DNA of 64,000 nt from Lytechinus pictus (GCF_037042905.1 NC_087252.1:12774001-12838000), one strand, 5' to 3'; counted from the first letter of the stretch, positions 40,064 through 54,214 are shown. Notes: generated from the letters alone by a model not told the origin. Numbers and translations are program-made.

Positions 40064-43000
40064 TTGATTTGATTTGATTTATTGTTTTCTTTTGCATCCA
40101 TGGAAAATTCGTATAATACATTTTCCATAACATAATAAGCATAATATGTTAGCATTTTTGGCATGAATCATAAATAAAGTGTACTAAAAAATAATTCCAG
40201 ACAAAAATGATTAACTACCAAATTATTATATGATATTTACAATTTGCAGGAGAAGGATTGTCATCATAAGCAGATTGCTTGAAGAAAAATGACAATCCCA
40301 AACTAAAACTAATTAAATCAATTAATACATTTATAAAGCAGAATGGGCATATATTTTTAAATTTGAAACATCAATTCATGCAATATTTTTAGTATGAAGA
40401 TGAAGATGATAAAGGTGAGGGTGACGTTGATATGAAGATGATTATGAAGGCCATGGAGATGATGGTGGTCATGATGGAGATATTGGTAATAACTAAATCG
40501 AAGGAGGAATGAATTCACGATAAAAAGGATACAACGACACATACATTTTACTTCAAATATTCTGATAATAACATAGATTTAACGTTTGCCTTAAATGATT
40601 GAAGAGACGAAGATTGTTTTACAGACTCTGGTAGAGAGTTCCACAAATCTGAACCATGGTGTCTTATGGATCTCTGCGCAATAAGCAATTTGGGGTTGAT
40701 TAAATGGAAATATGAAGAGTTACGTGTAGGGTATGACTGAATAGATGTATTCAGAGTATAAAAATTGTGGAATGAAGGTGGGAGCATGTTATTTACGTAC
40801 TTAAACACAAGTAGTAAACTTTGAAGTGAATTTATGTCAAATACTGTTAGAGTCTTTAGTTTATGGAATAATGGATTTGTGTGTGATAAATATTGGGAAT
40901 CAGTACAGATTCGAATTGCTTTTTTCTGTAATAAGTATATTGTATTAATTTTAGTTTGTGCACATGTTGCCCAAACTATGTTGCAATACGATATATAAGG
41001 TAATATTAATGAATAGTATAGTATGATAAGAGTTGTATGTGGAATTATGTTTTTCATTTTGTACAGTATACCTACGTTTCTCGGAATACTAGAAGTTATA
41101 CATCTTACATGTAATCCCAATTTAAATTTTCATCTATTGTGACACCTAAAAACTTTGTTTCTCTTTTCCTTTTGAGCGGAATATTATCTATGTTTATATT
41201 GAAAGGAAATTCGTTACCATGTGAGTGTGTATACTTGAAATATATAAAGTTTGTTTTATCTATATTGAGTGAAAGCTTATCACACTTAAACCAGAAAGAT
41301 AGTTTTGGCAATTCACGGTTAATTATATCTACTAAAGTGTCTAAGCTATTATGTTAACAAAAAATGTTGGTGTCATCTGCAAATAATACATATGATAACA
41401 AAGGTGTTACAGTAGTCAAATCATATTAAAAAAAGCAAGGGGCCTAGGATTGATCCTTGTGGAACTCCGCATTGTATTAACTGAAAATCAGAAGGAATAT
41501 CATTGTGAATTACATATTGTTTTCTATTGGATAAATAACTCTTAAACCATGATAGTGTAATTCCGCGAATTCCATAATTTTCAAGTTTTTAAAATAATAT
41601 CTGGTCAAGAGTGTCAAAGGCTTTGCTTAAGTCCATGAATACTATTATATGTTCTTTTTTTTTGCCATTGCATTTGTAATTTTATCGTATATTTGTATTA
41701 AAGCCTGATCAGTCGAATGTCCTTTCCTGAATCCATACTGGTTTGAATTAGAAAATGAAAAGTATCTAGAAACTTATAAAGTCTATTGTAAATAATCTTC
41801 TCTAATATTTTTGAAATGCTGGGAAGAATAGAAATAGGCCTGTAATTTGTTATTTCATGCGGATGGTCTTTTTTTTTTTAACGGGATTTACCTTTGCAAT
41901 TTTTAGGGAATCAGGACATATTCCGGTGCTAATCGACATATTAAAGAAAATGACACAAAGGAGAGACAATATAGTGTATGATCTGCTTAAGAAGGGAAGT
42001 ACTAATTCTATCATTCCCCTGTGATTTGCTTGATTTGAGATTTTTTGTTATTTCAATTAATTCCTGAACATTTGTTGGGTTAAAGAATAAAGAAGAGTTA
42101 ATGGGTGTGGGAAGAATTTTTTTTCAAAATTTTCATCAGGTTTGTCAAGTTTGTTTGCCAATGAGGGTCCTAAGTTAACAACAAAATAAATTGAAGGTAT
42201 CAGCTACATCTTCTGAATTTATCGCAACATCATGAACTGTGAAATTACCTTTGGGTAATATTTTGGGTTTCTTGCCAATCAAACAATTTATAATCTCCCA
42301 TGTGGCTTTCATGTTTGATTTAACTTTGTAATGCTTCTCGGAATAAAATAATTTGCGAGAAGCTCGAATTGTATTGGTTAGTCTATTTCTATAAGTTTTA
42401 TATTTATTTTTATTTTGAATAGAAGGGTTCTTTAAAAATGCCTTGTAAAGTTTATTTCGGGTATGTATGGATCTTAAAATTGCTTTATAAATCCATGGCA
42501 TTTTTGCCTTCTTTCTTTTGACCTGTGATATCAGAGGAGCATTTTTCTCGTAATATGTTAAATATTGTTAAAATTTGTGCATGCAATGTTTGAATTAGAT
42601 TCATGAAGTACATCTATCCATTCTTCAATTGCAAGATCCCTTTTGAACGATTCAATGTTATTAGGAGATTCTTTTCTATACATTGCCGATTTAAGTGTAT
42701 TTTCTTTTGGAATATCATTATCGCAAAATGTAAAAACCGGCAAATGATCCGATATATCAGATATTAACAATCCGCTCGTAATATCTCTGTTTAATATATA
42801 TTTGAAAAAATGTTGTCGATAAGTGTTGATGAATGGCTATCAATTCTGGTCGGTTTGTCTATATAGGGATAATACCAAATGAATGCATTGTGTGGAGGAA
42901 TAAATCGTGTTCATTGTTTTGGGATAACAGGTTGATGTTAGAATCACCCATTAAATATATATGTTTCTCTTCTTTTCTAATAGTATGAAGGCACGTTTCA

Positions 43001-43500
43001 AGGTCTTCACAAAATAAATCTTCTTTATCATGAGGGGGTCTATAAATCAATCCAATAATTATATTTTTGCCTTTCGGCTTCATGATTTCTAGGAATAAAG
43101 TTTCACTCTGTTTTAATGATATTTCTTTTCTTATTTTTAATTGTAAATGTTCACTGATGTAAAATGCTACACCTCCTCCTCTTTGTTCTTCACGGTCACG
43201 CCTAATGAGATTATAGTTTACAAACTGAATATGTTAGGTGAAGTATTGTGAAGCCATGTTTCCGTGACACCAATAATGGAAAATTTGAAATTATTTAAAG
43301 TGAAAAGTAATTATTCCAATGACTCAAAATTTTTGTTCAAACTTCGAGCATTAATATGAAGCAAACTGAATTTATGTTCCATGTCTCTAAATCTAGAAGT
43401 AAAATCTTCAGTTGAGTAATAGTTATTATCAGATGATATATTGTTTGTATTGAAAAAAAAATGTCCATGTCATTATTCACGAGGAATATTTGATATTACC
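40064..43500 (-). mobile_element. Decayed near-complete LINE ORF2 (L2/Crack-like)
   Basis: IIGLIYRPP/IYLMGDSN (APE), ISDHLPVF, PWI, MDLSKAFDTLD (~41605-41640), [10 protein letters not shown] (~41440-41470), FADDTN, TKFLGVTID, C-terminal ORF 40548-41120. (ATCAA)n tail at ~40064-40082. The 5' limit is approximate. Confidence 0.92.
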
Positions 43501-44589
43501 AGAAACTTAAGATTATGGGTATGATATGTGTGTAAATGTTCTGTGTCGTAACAGCAATATGGTGGTAGTAATGGTGATGAGATAAAGAGAGGATGAAGTT
43601 TAAAAAAACCAATAAAGGATGAATGTGTAATCGATTTTGCTGTTTGTGATGATGATGATGATGAAAATGATGACAGTGAATTGACATCCTGCAACCGGAA
43701 TCTGATAATGATTATTCATAATCGAAATGTAATGAAACACTCTAATTTCTGAATATCTTAGCCATGATTTGTATGCGAAGGAACCTTTTAAACACGAAGT
43801 ATCAGTGGCACTGTAATAATAAAGAAACAAAACTAAAAAAGTTTCGATCCTATCGAACAAATACAATTATATAAATATAATTGGTCATCGACATCACGAA
43901 GTGTCTCAGAGGTTAGAGTCAAAACAGAATAAAAAAATAATGTTTAATTTGTTTATTTCGAATGAGATGTCAATTGTTAAATATCTCGTAAAATTTTAGA
44001 GTCTTTTATTTTCTTGATCGATCCCTTGTGTTGGTATTCAAAAAAGTAAATCCTAAAAGCTAGAAATTACACAAAAGTCTCTCAAAATTGGTTCATGTCC
44101 TCTGAAAACATAAGGATAGTTCGTGAATAGGATGATAAATTAGCACATAATGTCATGTACAACCAAAGGGTGGTGCCATAATGGATGTACTGCATGCGTA
44201 TTATAATCACCTAATGCATGGTTGCATAGGGCCTATACACATAATGCACATAATGGTTGCATACATAAACAGGTTGATTTAGCAAAAGCTGGTGGATGTA
44301 AGAAAGGGAAAATTTCACAATGTCTCATAAATGTCCTATTATTGTCAATAAATGTCTGGACGATCACATGATTATCATAAATATTATTCCTTATTATCTT
44401 ATTCCTCATTGGTTTATATTGTGAATTGGATTACTACATTTAAGTTGGGTTCTCCTATTTTCTTTAATTTTATTGGTTATATTATCCCGTAATTAGTAAC
44501 CAACGGGAATAAAATTATTGGAAATGGTTTTTTGACTTATTTGAGTAGGTATGGGTGTCAACATTTACCAAAAAAAAAGTTAGGAGGAA

Positions 44590-47360
44590 TACAGGTTGGG
44601 GAAAGTGCCTTTTCCAAGGTCAAAGGTCAATGACCTTTTTAAATATACTGTATCATGGTATCTCCCAGATAAAATATTACAGGTTGGTGATTATGGTGTC
44701 AAAATGCACAGATTCTTACAAGAAGATAAAATATAATCAAATCAAGTACCTACAATGCTCATTCACCCATGAAATTCAAGGTCAAAGCCTCTCAAAGGTC
44801 AATGACCTTTTTTTTTTACATCATATACCATATACGGTATAATGGTATTTATGAGATGAAAAGGTGCAGGTTGGTGATCTAGGTGTCAAAATGCAGAGGT
44901 TCTTACAGGAAGATCAAATGAAATAAAATTAAGTACCCAGAATGCACATTAAACAATAAAATTCAAGGTCAAAGCCTTTCAAAGGTCAATGACCTTTTTT
45001 TTATATTATATACCATATACGGTATAATGCTGTCTTTGAGATGAAAAGGCGCAGGTTGGCGATATTGGTGTAAAAATGCACAGATTCTTACAAGAAGATC
45101 ATATGAAATCAAATCAAGTACCTACAATGCTCATTCACCAATGAAATTCAAGGTCAAAGCCTTTCAAGGCTCTATGACCTTTTTTACATTCTATACCATA
45201 TACGGTATAATGGTATCTCTGACATGAAAAGGTGCAGGTTAGTGATCTTGGTGTCAAAATGCAGAGGTTCTTACAGGGAGATCAAATTAAATCAAATCAA
45301 GTACCTACAATGCTCATTCACCAATGAAATTCAAGGTCAAAGCCTTTCAAGGCTCTATGACCTTTTTTAGATTATAACCCATATACGGTATAATGGTATC
45401 TCTGACATGAAAAGGTGCAGGTTGGTGATCTTGGTGTCAAAATGCAGAGGTTCTTACAGGGAGATCAAATAAAATAAAATTAAGTACCCAGAATGCACAT
45501 TAAACAATAACATTCAAGGTAAAAGCCTTTCAAAGGTCAATGAACTTGTTTTTTACATTATGTATCATACTGTATAATAGTATCTCTGAGATGGAACGGC
45601 ACAGGTTGGTGATCGTTGTGTCAAAATGCACAGATTCTTACAGGGTGGTCAAATAAGATAAAGTTAATCACCTAGAATGCATATTAATCCATAAAGTCAA
45701 AGGTCAATGACCTTTGTACATGGACTATATGTCGTATAAAGGTATCTTAGATAGAACGCTGCATGTTGGTGATTTTGATGTCAAAAAGCAATTTTTTCAA
45801 GAAGATAAAAAGGCTCAAAATAATCATACAGAATAATCCTTCAACTTTGATATCCAAAGTCAAAGGTCAAAAGTTGATAGATATCTATATATCCATGCAT
45901 GATTCCCCCAAAATAGAAATTGATCCATTATATTCACATTTTATTTGTGAATAATAGAAAGAAAGAACTTGAAATTGGAAGTTTAATAATTTCACTCTGA
46001 AATAACGAAAAAAAATGGCCATGAAAAATATATTTAGGAGTTAGAGGTCAATCAACTATGTCAATAACGTCAGGGAATTTAAGTTAATAGGTCGATATAA
46101 CGTGATTGTGGCATGTAGGTATAGTGATTCTGATGGGAAAAAGACTGACCTGCGTGGAAAATGAACACAAATTAAATAGTTGAATCCTTGACCAATGATG
46201 ATGTCAAAATATAAGTTCGAGGTGAAATTTAGATAAAATAGCACCTTTTCTTACAATATATTGTAATGCATTGCCAAAAGTGTAAAAAAAATCATGTGTG
46301 ATGTGATTTAAAATGGTGACAATGGTGAAGTTAACTAAAGTAGCAAGTATTGAAGTATTAAGTAGCAAGTACTAAAGTATTAAGCTAATAGTTTATACTT
46401 TTTATTATAGCATTGAGATGAGTGGCCTATCGCTGGAGAGAAAAAAAGACACGACAACTTTGATTTAGATATAATGATGCATTAAATGCTGCTACTTAAA
46501 TTAAAAATCATTTCAATTTATATACTTGATTTCATTTATTTTTTTCATTGCTTTTGGCAATGCATCGCAGTATATGAAAAAGTGTTATTTGGTTATCAAC
46601 ATTTTTTAAACTTAATTTCCACTGATATTTTGGAAAGGGTTCATTGACCTCTGACACCTAAATACATTCTCCATGGCCTTCATTATTTCAGACTGAAATT
46701 ATGAAACCTCGATGTTTTCATTACAAATTAGCCATCTTTATTTACATTATTCACAAATAAAGTATGAACACAAAGGATATTTTTTGGTTATTTTTATGTC
46801 ATACAGATTATACATTTCCTCTGATCTTCGATTTCAAGGGTGAAAGTTTATTTTTTTATACTTATTTTGGTGTTGTTTAATCGTCTTGTACAAGTCTTTG
46901 CATTTTGGCACCAAGATCACCAACCTTCGGTATTTTATCTCAGAGATACCATTATTATTATTGACCTTTGTCCTTTAATTTTATGTGTGAATGTGCATTC
47001 TCGATGCCTAATTTTATTTTATTTTATCTTCCTGTAAGAATCTGTGTGTTTTGACACCAAGAACACCAACCTGCGCCGTTTTAACTTAGAGATACAATTA
47101 TATAATTTGGTACATATAGTATAAAAGGTCATTGACCTTTGGCAATACATTTTATGGGTGAATGTGCATTCTAGGTACTAAATTTTATTTTATTTGATCT
47201 TCAGGTAAGAATCTGTGCATTTTGACACCATGATCACCAACCTGTGCCTTTTCATCTCAGAGATACCATTATACAGTATGGTTTATAATGCAAAAAGGTC
47301 ATTCATTGACCTTTGAAAAGCTTTTACCTTGAATTTTATTGGTGAATGTCCATTCTACGA
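44590..47360. mobile_element. Foldback-type element: ~180-bp tandem repeats in both arms of a large imperfect palindrome
   Basis: About 6 units containing CAAGGTCAAAGCCTTTCAAAGGTCAATGACC and GGTGTCAAAATGCA at 44590-45780. About 3 reverse-complement units at 46860-47360. The inner arms are also inverted (ATGCATTGCCAAAAG ~46267 vs CTTTTGGCAATGCAT ~46551). Confidence 0.75.
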
Positions 47361-47903
47361 AGGCCAAAGGTATAAATAGAAAGAGTATTTTAATAAATAA
47401 ATGAGACACAGACACAGATGCACAGATACGACACTACAGATCCAATCTCTTTGTTTACTTTTTCTCTGTCTTCTGTTCCTGATATGTTATGTTTGCTGTT
47501 AAGTTCCTGAGTTATGCTGTTTTTTTAACTGATTATTTTATTCTCATCAAGTAGGTGTTTAGTTTTAAACCCTACAATAATAATGATAAATTATACAACA
47601 ATAATAATAAATTATAAAACAAAATTTTTTTAAGCGCTTTAGCACGGCTACCCTTATCGGACGCTCAAGCATTCAAGGAAACAAAACCTTTGACCTTGAC
47701 TGGGAAACTTGTTCTTCATTCAATAATGGAAACCCCAACTTTAAACCGTGGTTTAAGTGAAACTTAGGTTCCGGATACGGGTCACTGTATGTATATTTGA
47801 CAGATAAAATATAAGGCAGTTTATGTTGATTTCTTAATACCTCAATGAATCAACGCGTCAAATATTAATCATTGGTACGTTCTCTTTCTCTTATGTCACG
47901 CAG

Positions 47904-48671
47904 TCTCCTAATGTCACCATGCCTGTCTCTCTGAGTGTCTGGCGGGTCAGAATCGGCACTTATCTCAGGAGGTATCGCCATGATCCGAAGAAAGAAGCTG
48001 AACAATCAAAAGAAAGTGATAATGCCAATAGCGAGAATTCATCTAGAAATGGTTGTTCACTAGTTGAAAATGGCAAAGCTGTCAACACATCCTGTCAACA
48101 ACCTCCATCTTCTGACGATGTAGACCAGAAAACAGCCCATACTGAATCTCCAAGAAACACCAGCGATAGTAAAGTCGACGTGCATTATCAAACTCTGTCG
48201 ATCTCGGTCATTTCCGGTTGTGACATCACCAACGGATCTTCATGTGATTTCAGAAGCCCCGGAAATATCACTCAACATGGGTTTCTGTGTGTTGATGACC
48301 GTAATCTTTCAACACGTTCAACAGGTTCGAGAGAAAGGCAATCCATTCCTGTCCCAGATCCTTCTGACACCAAAGTTCCAAAGCCTTCTGACGTAGATGA
48401 GTTGGATATGAGATATATCACCATTCATCGCGTATCACCTGCAAACTTCTGTACCTCCACTCAAATAAGTAAAAAGGACCAACCTGGTGGCACGTCTGAT
48501 TCTTACTCACAGGAAGCTAGAGCCATCACTGGTGCTCAAGATGATGACAAACATGACGAGAAGGAGACATCAAACACTATACCATATTGTACAGACGGTA
48601 AATCGTCACCTAGTTCTAAACTGGATACATGTACATCTAGCAATGCTGAATACACTTCATCGTGTACCAGG
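47904..48671 (+). CDS. Coding exon A (ATG at 47919): [14 protein letters not shown] leader followed by a Ser/Thr/Asp-rich, probably disordered region; uncharacterised
   Basis: Pyrimidine tract plus CAG acceptor at 47901-47903, 768 nt open, donor AGG|GTAGGT at 48672. Paralogous to exon B (shared ELDxRYITIHxVSPxN, DQPxGTSxSYSQ). Confidence 0.75.
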
Positions 48672-48679
48672 GTAGGTCT

Positions 48680-48719
48680 TATATATACACACACACATAT
48701 ATATTTATATATATATATA

Positions 48720-48778
<59 letters not shown>

Positions 48779-48787
48779 GTATATATA
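48680..48787. repeat. (TA)n/(CA)n microsatellite
   Basis: Direct inspection. Confidence 0.95.
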
Positions 48788-50865
48788 CACAACAAAAAAA
48801 GTAAGTCCCCCCTAAATCAAATTGCTGTAACTTTTGAACGGAATTATTTTGAGATATGATATTTCGTAGGTAGTTTTCTACACTCATTAAGCAACTCCTG
48901 GGGGAAAATGAGATTGATCGGTTGAGTCATGCATGAATAGTTAAAGATTGAATTAAAAATGACCATTTTTGAAAGTCACAAGAGTCGTTTTCCAGATTGT
49001 GCAAATACAAAGTTGGGCAAAAGTTGTTTTTAGGTGAGTTTTATGGTGTTAATGCTGTATTACTATCCATCATTTAGCCACTCAACACACAATTTTGATA
49101 TCGTATGTTCATGGTTGAGTGAGCACAATATTTAAGGGGCCGCAGAAGCGGGGTGGGGGTGAGGGCCCCCCACTTTTTTCCAAAAGTATGTACACAAATG
49201 TAAAATTGACCATACGATTGTGATTTTTTGCATGGTCAGCCCCCCCCCCACACTTTTTGCTCAGCCCCTCCCCCACACTTTGAAAACCGTTCCGCGGCCC
49301 CTGTATTGTGACGTATCATCATAGGGGTTTTAGTAGTATCCTCTACAACTTGTTAGGTCTTATTAAAATTTGAAAATGTTGGTGGCTACCCCGATTATAG
49401 TTCCCTCCCCCATTTTTAAATTATGGATACCCCCCTGATATATCCATGAATTAAACTGATCATGAGAAATTCTTAGGAAAAGAATACATTTATGCAGTAT
49501 AAAGAGTATTCAATCCTAAGTTTTCGAATGTGCTCGCTCAACCATGAAAATGTTAAAAGTTCGGAAAGTGTGTGGTGATAGAAATGATGGTTGATAAAAA
49601 CAACAGCAATTAAAGTCACATTTGAAACCGAATTTGCCCCCAATATTGAACTTATTACCCTTTAAAATGAGTCTGTGACATTGAAAATACCCATTTTCCA
49701 ACTTTGATGCGTGCTCACTCATCCATGAATAAACAAATCGATTTCATTTTTGCACAGAATTCTGCCCATAGGTTGATAAACATTACTGCCAAATGACAAT
49801 GCTAAAGACAGCCTTGAAAAAAAAGTTCCACCATATTTAATAAGGGGTTACTTATTCATAAACATATGCACCCATAATGTACACAAGTCAAGAGAGAGGA
49901 AGTCAAAATTTTAACAAATATGAAATAAGGGTTTGTTTCATGGACGGTTTCTGTTACTTCTGCCAACAGTTATTTCATGAAACTTCGCACATGGCTTCAG
50001 GGTGACACTATCCAAAAGGCGCGCACACCAAAATAACAATTCGATACGGCACAGAGTGGGGCCAAGGCCTTGACATTTCTTCCCATTTGCATAATTTTCG
50101 AATATTGTGTGCTCACTGATACATTAAGCATCGGGATTTTCATAAAAATCAAATCAAATGAACCATGCAAGGAGGTTTGTGACAGATATCCATAGTTACA
50201 AATTGCATTTTTTCCAATAACGGAAAAAAGAGCTAATCACATTCCACATGTTCATTCAAGCGTGAATGTTTAATTGAACGCCTTTGAATCATTGAAGCAT
50301 GTTAATTGTTCATGAACATAACGAAAAAATTGATAAAAGATCAGTATCAGTTACCAAAATGACACAATACTTGCCTATGATATTTGAAAATCGTATTTTT
50401 AGTTTTCAATAAATGTTCATTGAACCGTGAAACGATGCATATTGTTGAAGATACTCTTCCCAAAAATAATTTTCATCATATTCGATCATTTTTATTGATA
50501 AAAATGTGTAAAAAATCCAATTATAGCAAATTTGGACTTGTGTTTATTCAACCGTGAAATTTAGCCAAAAAAGTTGTATCGTCTTTTAGAAAGTACCTTT
50601 ACAAGCCTTCTGACTATTTTTCATGATGAGAATGTGGAATCAGTTCATATGAAATGGAATCAAAGTCATGATATTTGGCTTGTGACTTTTGAAAAGTGAC
50701 ATTTTTGCCTTCCGACGGTGCTCACTGAAGCATGACGTAAAATTCGTTCATAACATTTACTCAGAAGGTAGCTTATAAAATTACCTACACGCTCATGTAA
50801 AAATATATCAAAAACTCGCATTGGTTCGGAAATTATTGACGTTTGTTCAAGGGGTTTTTGTTGTG
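48788..50865. mobile_element. Non-autonomous Tc1/mariner-like element
   Basis: Termini CACAACAAAAA / TTTTTGTTGTG, flanked by TA repeats on both sides. Confidence 0.65.
49134..49303. mobile_element. Small GC-rich MITE nested in the preceding element
   Basis: AGGGGCCGCAGAA ... TTCCGCGGCCCCTG termini. TSD not clear. Confidence 0.6.
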
Positions 50866-50883
50866 TATATATATATATATATA

Positions 50884-51669
50884 CAGTGCGTCCCACAAAA
50901 AACGAAACCGAGATTTAGCGATGATTTATAGATACAATAGATAGATGACCCACCAACGTAAAGCTTAGAATCCCCTCTTTCATCCGATACTACTTAGATT
51001 ACTCCTCATTCACGCATGAGTGAGCAAAAACAATTCGAAGAAAGGATGCCAAAACCTCGTTTTCAAAAAGAAAGTCTCATGACTAAAAAGTTCAAATTCT
51101 GCTCTTTTATTTGATACCTTAATCACAGAAAATGGTCAAGAAGTAAAAAAGTTATGATCCCTCGAAACAATGCTTGTATTTCCATAATTTCATTAAATAA
51201 ACGCGTTTTCACCGGTTTCCCACAGAAGCTATCGCACGGTAACAAAAGACTTAATGCATGGCTGATCGTCAACAAAACGGAGTGTCGAGTGAGTTTGAAC
51301 GCTAGCTTGTAAAACCTCTTCATTTTATGAAATTATTGAAAATCAAGCCTTGTTTCAAATAACCAGAACTTTCCTATTTCTTGACCATTTTCTTTAATTG
51401 AGGTATCAAAATAAAGAGCAGATATTGAACTTTTTAGAAATGTAGTTTTCTTTTTTAAACCCAGATACAGCCCGCCAAATGACTTTTTGGTATCCCCTCT
51501 TCAAATTTATTTTGCTCACTCATGCGTGAATGATAAATAATCTAAGTAATTTCAGAGGAAAGAAGAGATTCTAAGCTTTACAATGATAGGTCATTTGTCA
51601 ATTGTATTTATGATTAAGTTATGATAAATCATCGATAAATATCGGTTTCGTTTTTTGTGGGACGCACTG
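50884..51669. mobile_element. Tc1/mariner-type MITE with long TIRs
   Basis: TA|CAGTGCGTCCCACAAAAAAACGAAACCGA ... TCGGTTTCGTTTTTTGTGGGACGCACTG|TA. Inverted homology extends over 200 bp inward. Confidence 0.9.
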
Positions 51670-51679
51670 TATATATATA

Positions 51680-52719
51680 CACTCGGCAAAAAAAGTTCTT
51701 GGACACTTATAAAAGTTAAAATATTCCATAGATATTTGATTAAAGGCAAAGTATTGTATGTCAACATGACCACACAAAATTCCTCTTCCAGTATGACATG
51801 ACAATTTCATGTGAACAGTCATGCATGGGTGGTTAAATGCTTTAAACAATTGCAATTTCAGTAAAAGAAAATTGCAAGAAATCGCCCATTCAAATGCTAA
51901 TGATCATGGCCACCCTGTAGGCATACATTCAACAATTTCAACAGGGGGTTATCATTTGAATTGAATGCTTAGGGATGGATCACGAGATGCACAATGAGAT
52001 GGATCATTTGGACACTCACTTTCAAGATGAAGCTTTCCAATCAAGAGCGTGCAAGAGCAATAGGAATGTTGCAGTCTGGGCAGTCATTTAGACAAGTGGC
52101 TCGATATTTCCAGGTTTCACCAACAACAATTTCAAATTTGAACCAGCATTATTTGGCTACTGATGAAGTTAGAGACCGCCCTAGGAGTGGTCGACCTAGG
52201 GCCACCACCCCTGCAGAAGATAGGAGGGTAAGAATAGTTTTCTTTTGCTTCTGCCAAGATACTGAAATTTGACATTTTTTTCATCGACTAACTTTGACTT
52301 AAAATTCCAGTGGAATAGTGATGCATCCAAGGTGGATAACTTTCTCTTCACTTTTAGAGTGGTATTTGACTTTAAGTTTGCTTTTATCGTTAAATGGATA
52401 TTTATGCCACACAAACTTTAACAACTGAATGAATGACTGATCGTTTTCTTGCAATTTTCTTTTACTGACATTGCTATTGTTTAATGCCTGTAACCAGCCA
52501 TGCACTGACTGATCCATTTCTTGCAATTTTCTTTTACTGACATTGCTATTGTTTAAAGCAGTTAACCACCCATGCATGACTGTTCACATGAAAATATCAT
52601 GTCATGCTGGAAAAAGAATATTGTTTGGTCATGTTGACATACAATAATTTGCCTTTAATCAAATATCTTAATGGAATATTTTAACTTTTATAAGTGTCCA
52701 AGAACTTTTTTGCCTAGTG
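51680..52719 (+). mobile_element. Internally deleted Tc1-family transposon
   Basis: TA|CACTCGGCAAAAAAAGTTCTTGGACACTTA ... TAAGTGTCCAAGAACTTTTTTGCCTAGTG|TA. TIRs of roughly 200 bp enclose a transposase remnant. Confidence 0.92.
52027..52227 (+). pseudogene. Tc1 transposase N-terminal HTH remnant
   Basis: MKLSNQERARAIGMLQSG...VARYFQVS...DRPRSGRPRATT (GRPR motif), followed by a possible GTAAGA donor. No DDE domain present. Confidence 0.88.
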
Positions 52720-52824
52720 TATATTATGTAAAACATATTTCTCTTCAGGACTCGAGTCCATATTATTGAAGTTGAACCTTGACTCATACTCGGACTGTTG
52801 GTCTTGTACTCGTGGGCTGAATTC

Positions 52825-53475
52825 TAAGTGAGTCCCAAATGCGTCTTTGGATTTTCAAACCCAACTTTATACTAATAAGTTATGTGGAACTAAAAATCTT
52901 CGAACGTAACTTGATACCAAGTTTTGGGGACTGAGTATCTTCAAACACGATTATGCACTATTCATGTGGGACTAAAGATATCAAAATCCCACTTGTGCGT
53001 ATATTTGGGTCCAAAGATCCCAAACCAAATTACTTTATAAAGTATATATGCCGAGTATGTGGGACTGAATATCGTCAAACCCAATTTTCTTCCAATTATA
53101 TGGGACTGAAGACTATTAAACTTTACACCACTTATGTGGGAATGCAAGAACTTCAACCCTAATATACACATGTACCAAGTAAGTTGGACAGAACATCTTC
53201 AAACCCGACTTTAAACCATGAAGGTGGGACTGAATATTTTCAAACCTAACTTTTCAATCAAGAATGTGGGACTGAGGGTCTTCAAACCCAACAATATACC
53301 AAGTATGTGGGACTGAAGATCTTCAAATCCGATTACACACCAACTATGTTGGACTGCAGATCTTCAAACCCAACCTTATACCAAGAAAGTGGGACGAAAC
53401 CTCTTTTAATTCGAGTACATACCAAGTATGTGGGACTGATTATCTACAAACCCAACTATATACCAAGTATGTAGG
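52825..53475. repeat. ~40-bp minisatellite, about 16 diverged copies
   Basis: Consensus approximately CCAAGTATGTGGGACTGAAGATCTTCAAACCCAACTTTATA. Confidence 0.9.
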
Positions 53476-54058
53476 TCTAGAATAGATCTGACTTAGATCT
53501 AGACCAAAACTAAAGTAAAGCTACTGCTACTATATCGCTATTCTATGCATTGCTTGCCAACTACGCCTAAGACTAAGTTAGATCTAGTCCTAGAGTTTAG
53601 ACATCTATGTAGATTTAGATCTACTCCTGTTTTTTGGTCCATCTGTTTGTTTGGAGGAGGTTTTTTTTTTATACATTTTGGGGACTTGTTTAGATCTAGT
53701 TTTCCAGGAGTAGAAAACAGGCCTAAACTAAGATAAACCTAGACCAACAGCTCAGTCTAGACTATGCCGTGGCCTAGGTTTATATAATTTAGATCTAGGC
53801 AGCCTAGCCTGTGCTTTCTTCTATTCATTCTAGATTCTATTTCTAGACTAGCCGGTAACCCTAACGTTAGGACTGGCTGATCTAGTCTACTGTTTGATCT
53901 ATAAATCTCTAACCGAGGCCTAGATCTAGACTAAATGACTTAGACTAAAAGTTAGACCCTATCTAGATCTAGAACTAGATCTATTTCAATCTAGGTGTAT
54001 ACATCGTAATTTATAGGTCTAGATCTAGACTCGAGACTTAGTTCGAGATCTAGAGATC
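53476..54058. repeat. TAGATCTA/TCTAGA-rich low-complexity tract
   Basis: Dense, non-periodic CTAG, AGATCT and TCTAGA palindromes. Confidence 0.75.
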
Positions 54059-54214
54059 AAGCCCCCCCCAAAAAAAAAAATAATAATAATAAATAAATAA
54101 AAATAAAATAAAATAAAACAAGAACTATAAAGCCCACAGCTACATGTAGTTCTCTATGTAGCCAAACAAAAGTTATCGTGGACCATTGTCTTAATCTTAT
54201 TTTGGCGTATGTAG

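Noticed and set aside
48672..48887. YIYIYI C-terminus of the 298-aa ORF and overlapping ORFs
   Set aside because: Read-through into the intronic (TA)n beyond the GTAGGT donor.
52825..53475. CRISPR-like array
   Set aside because: The intervening segments are homologous to each other rather than unique spacers; no cas genes; eukaryotic context.
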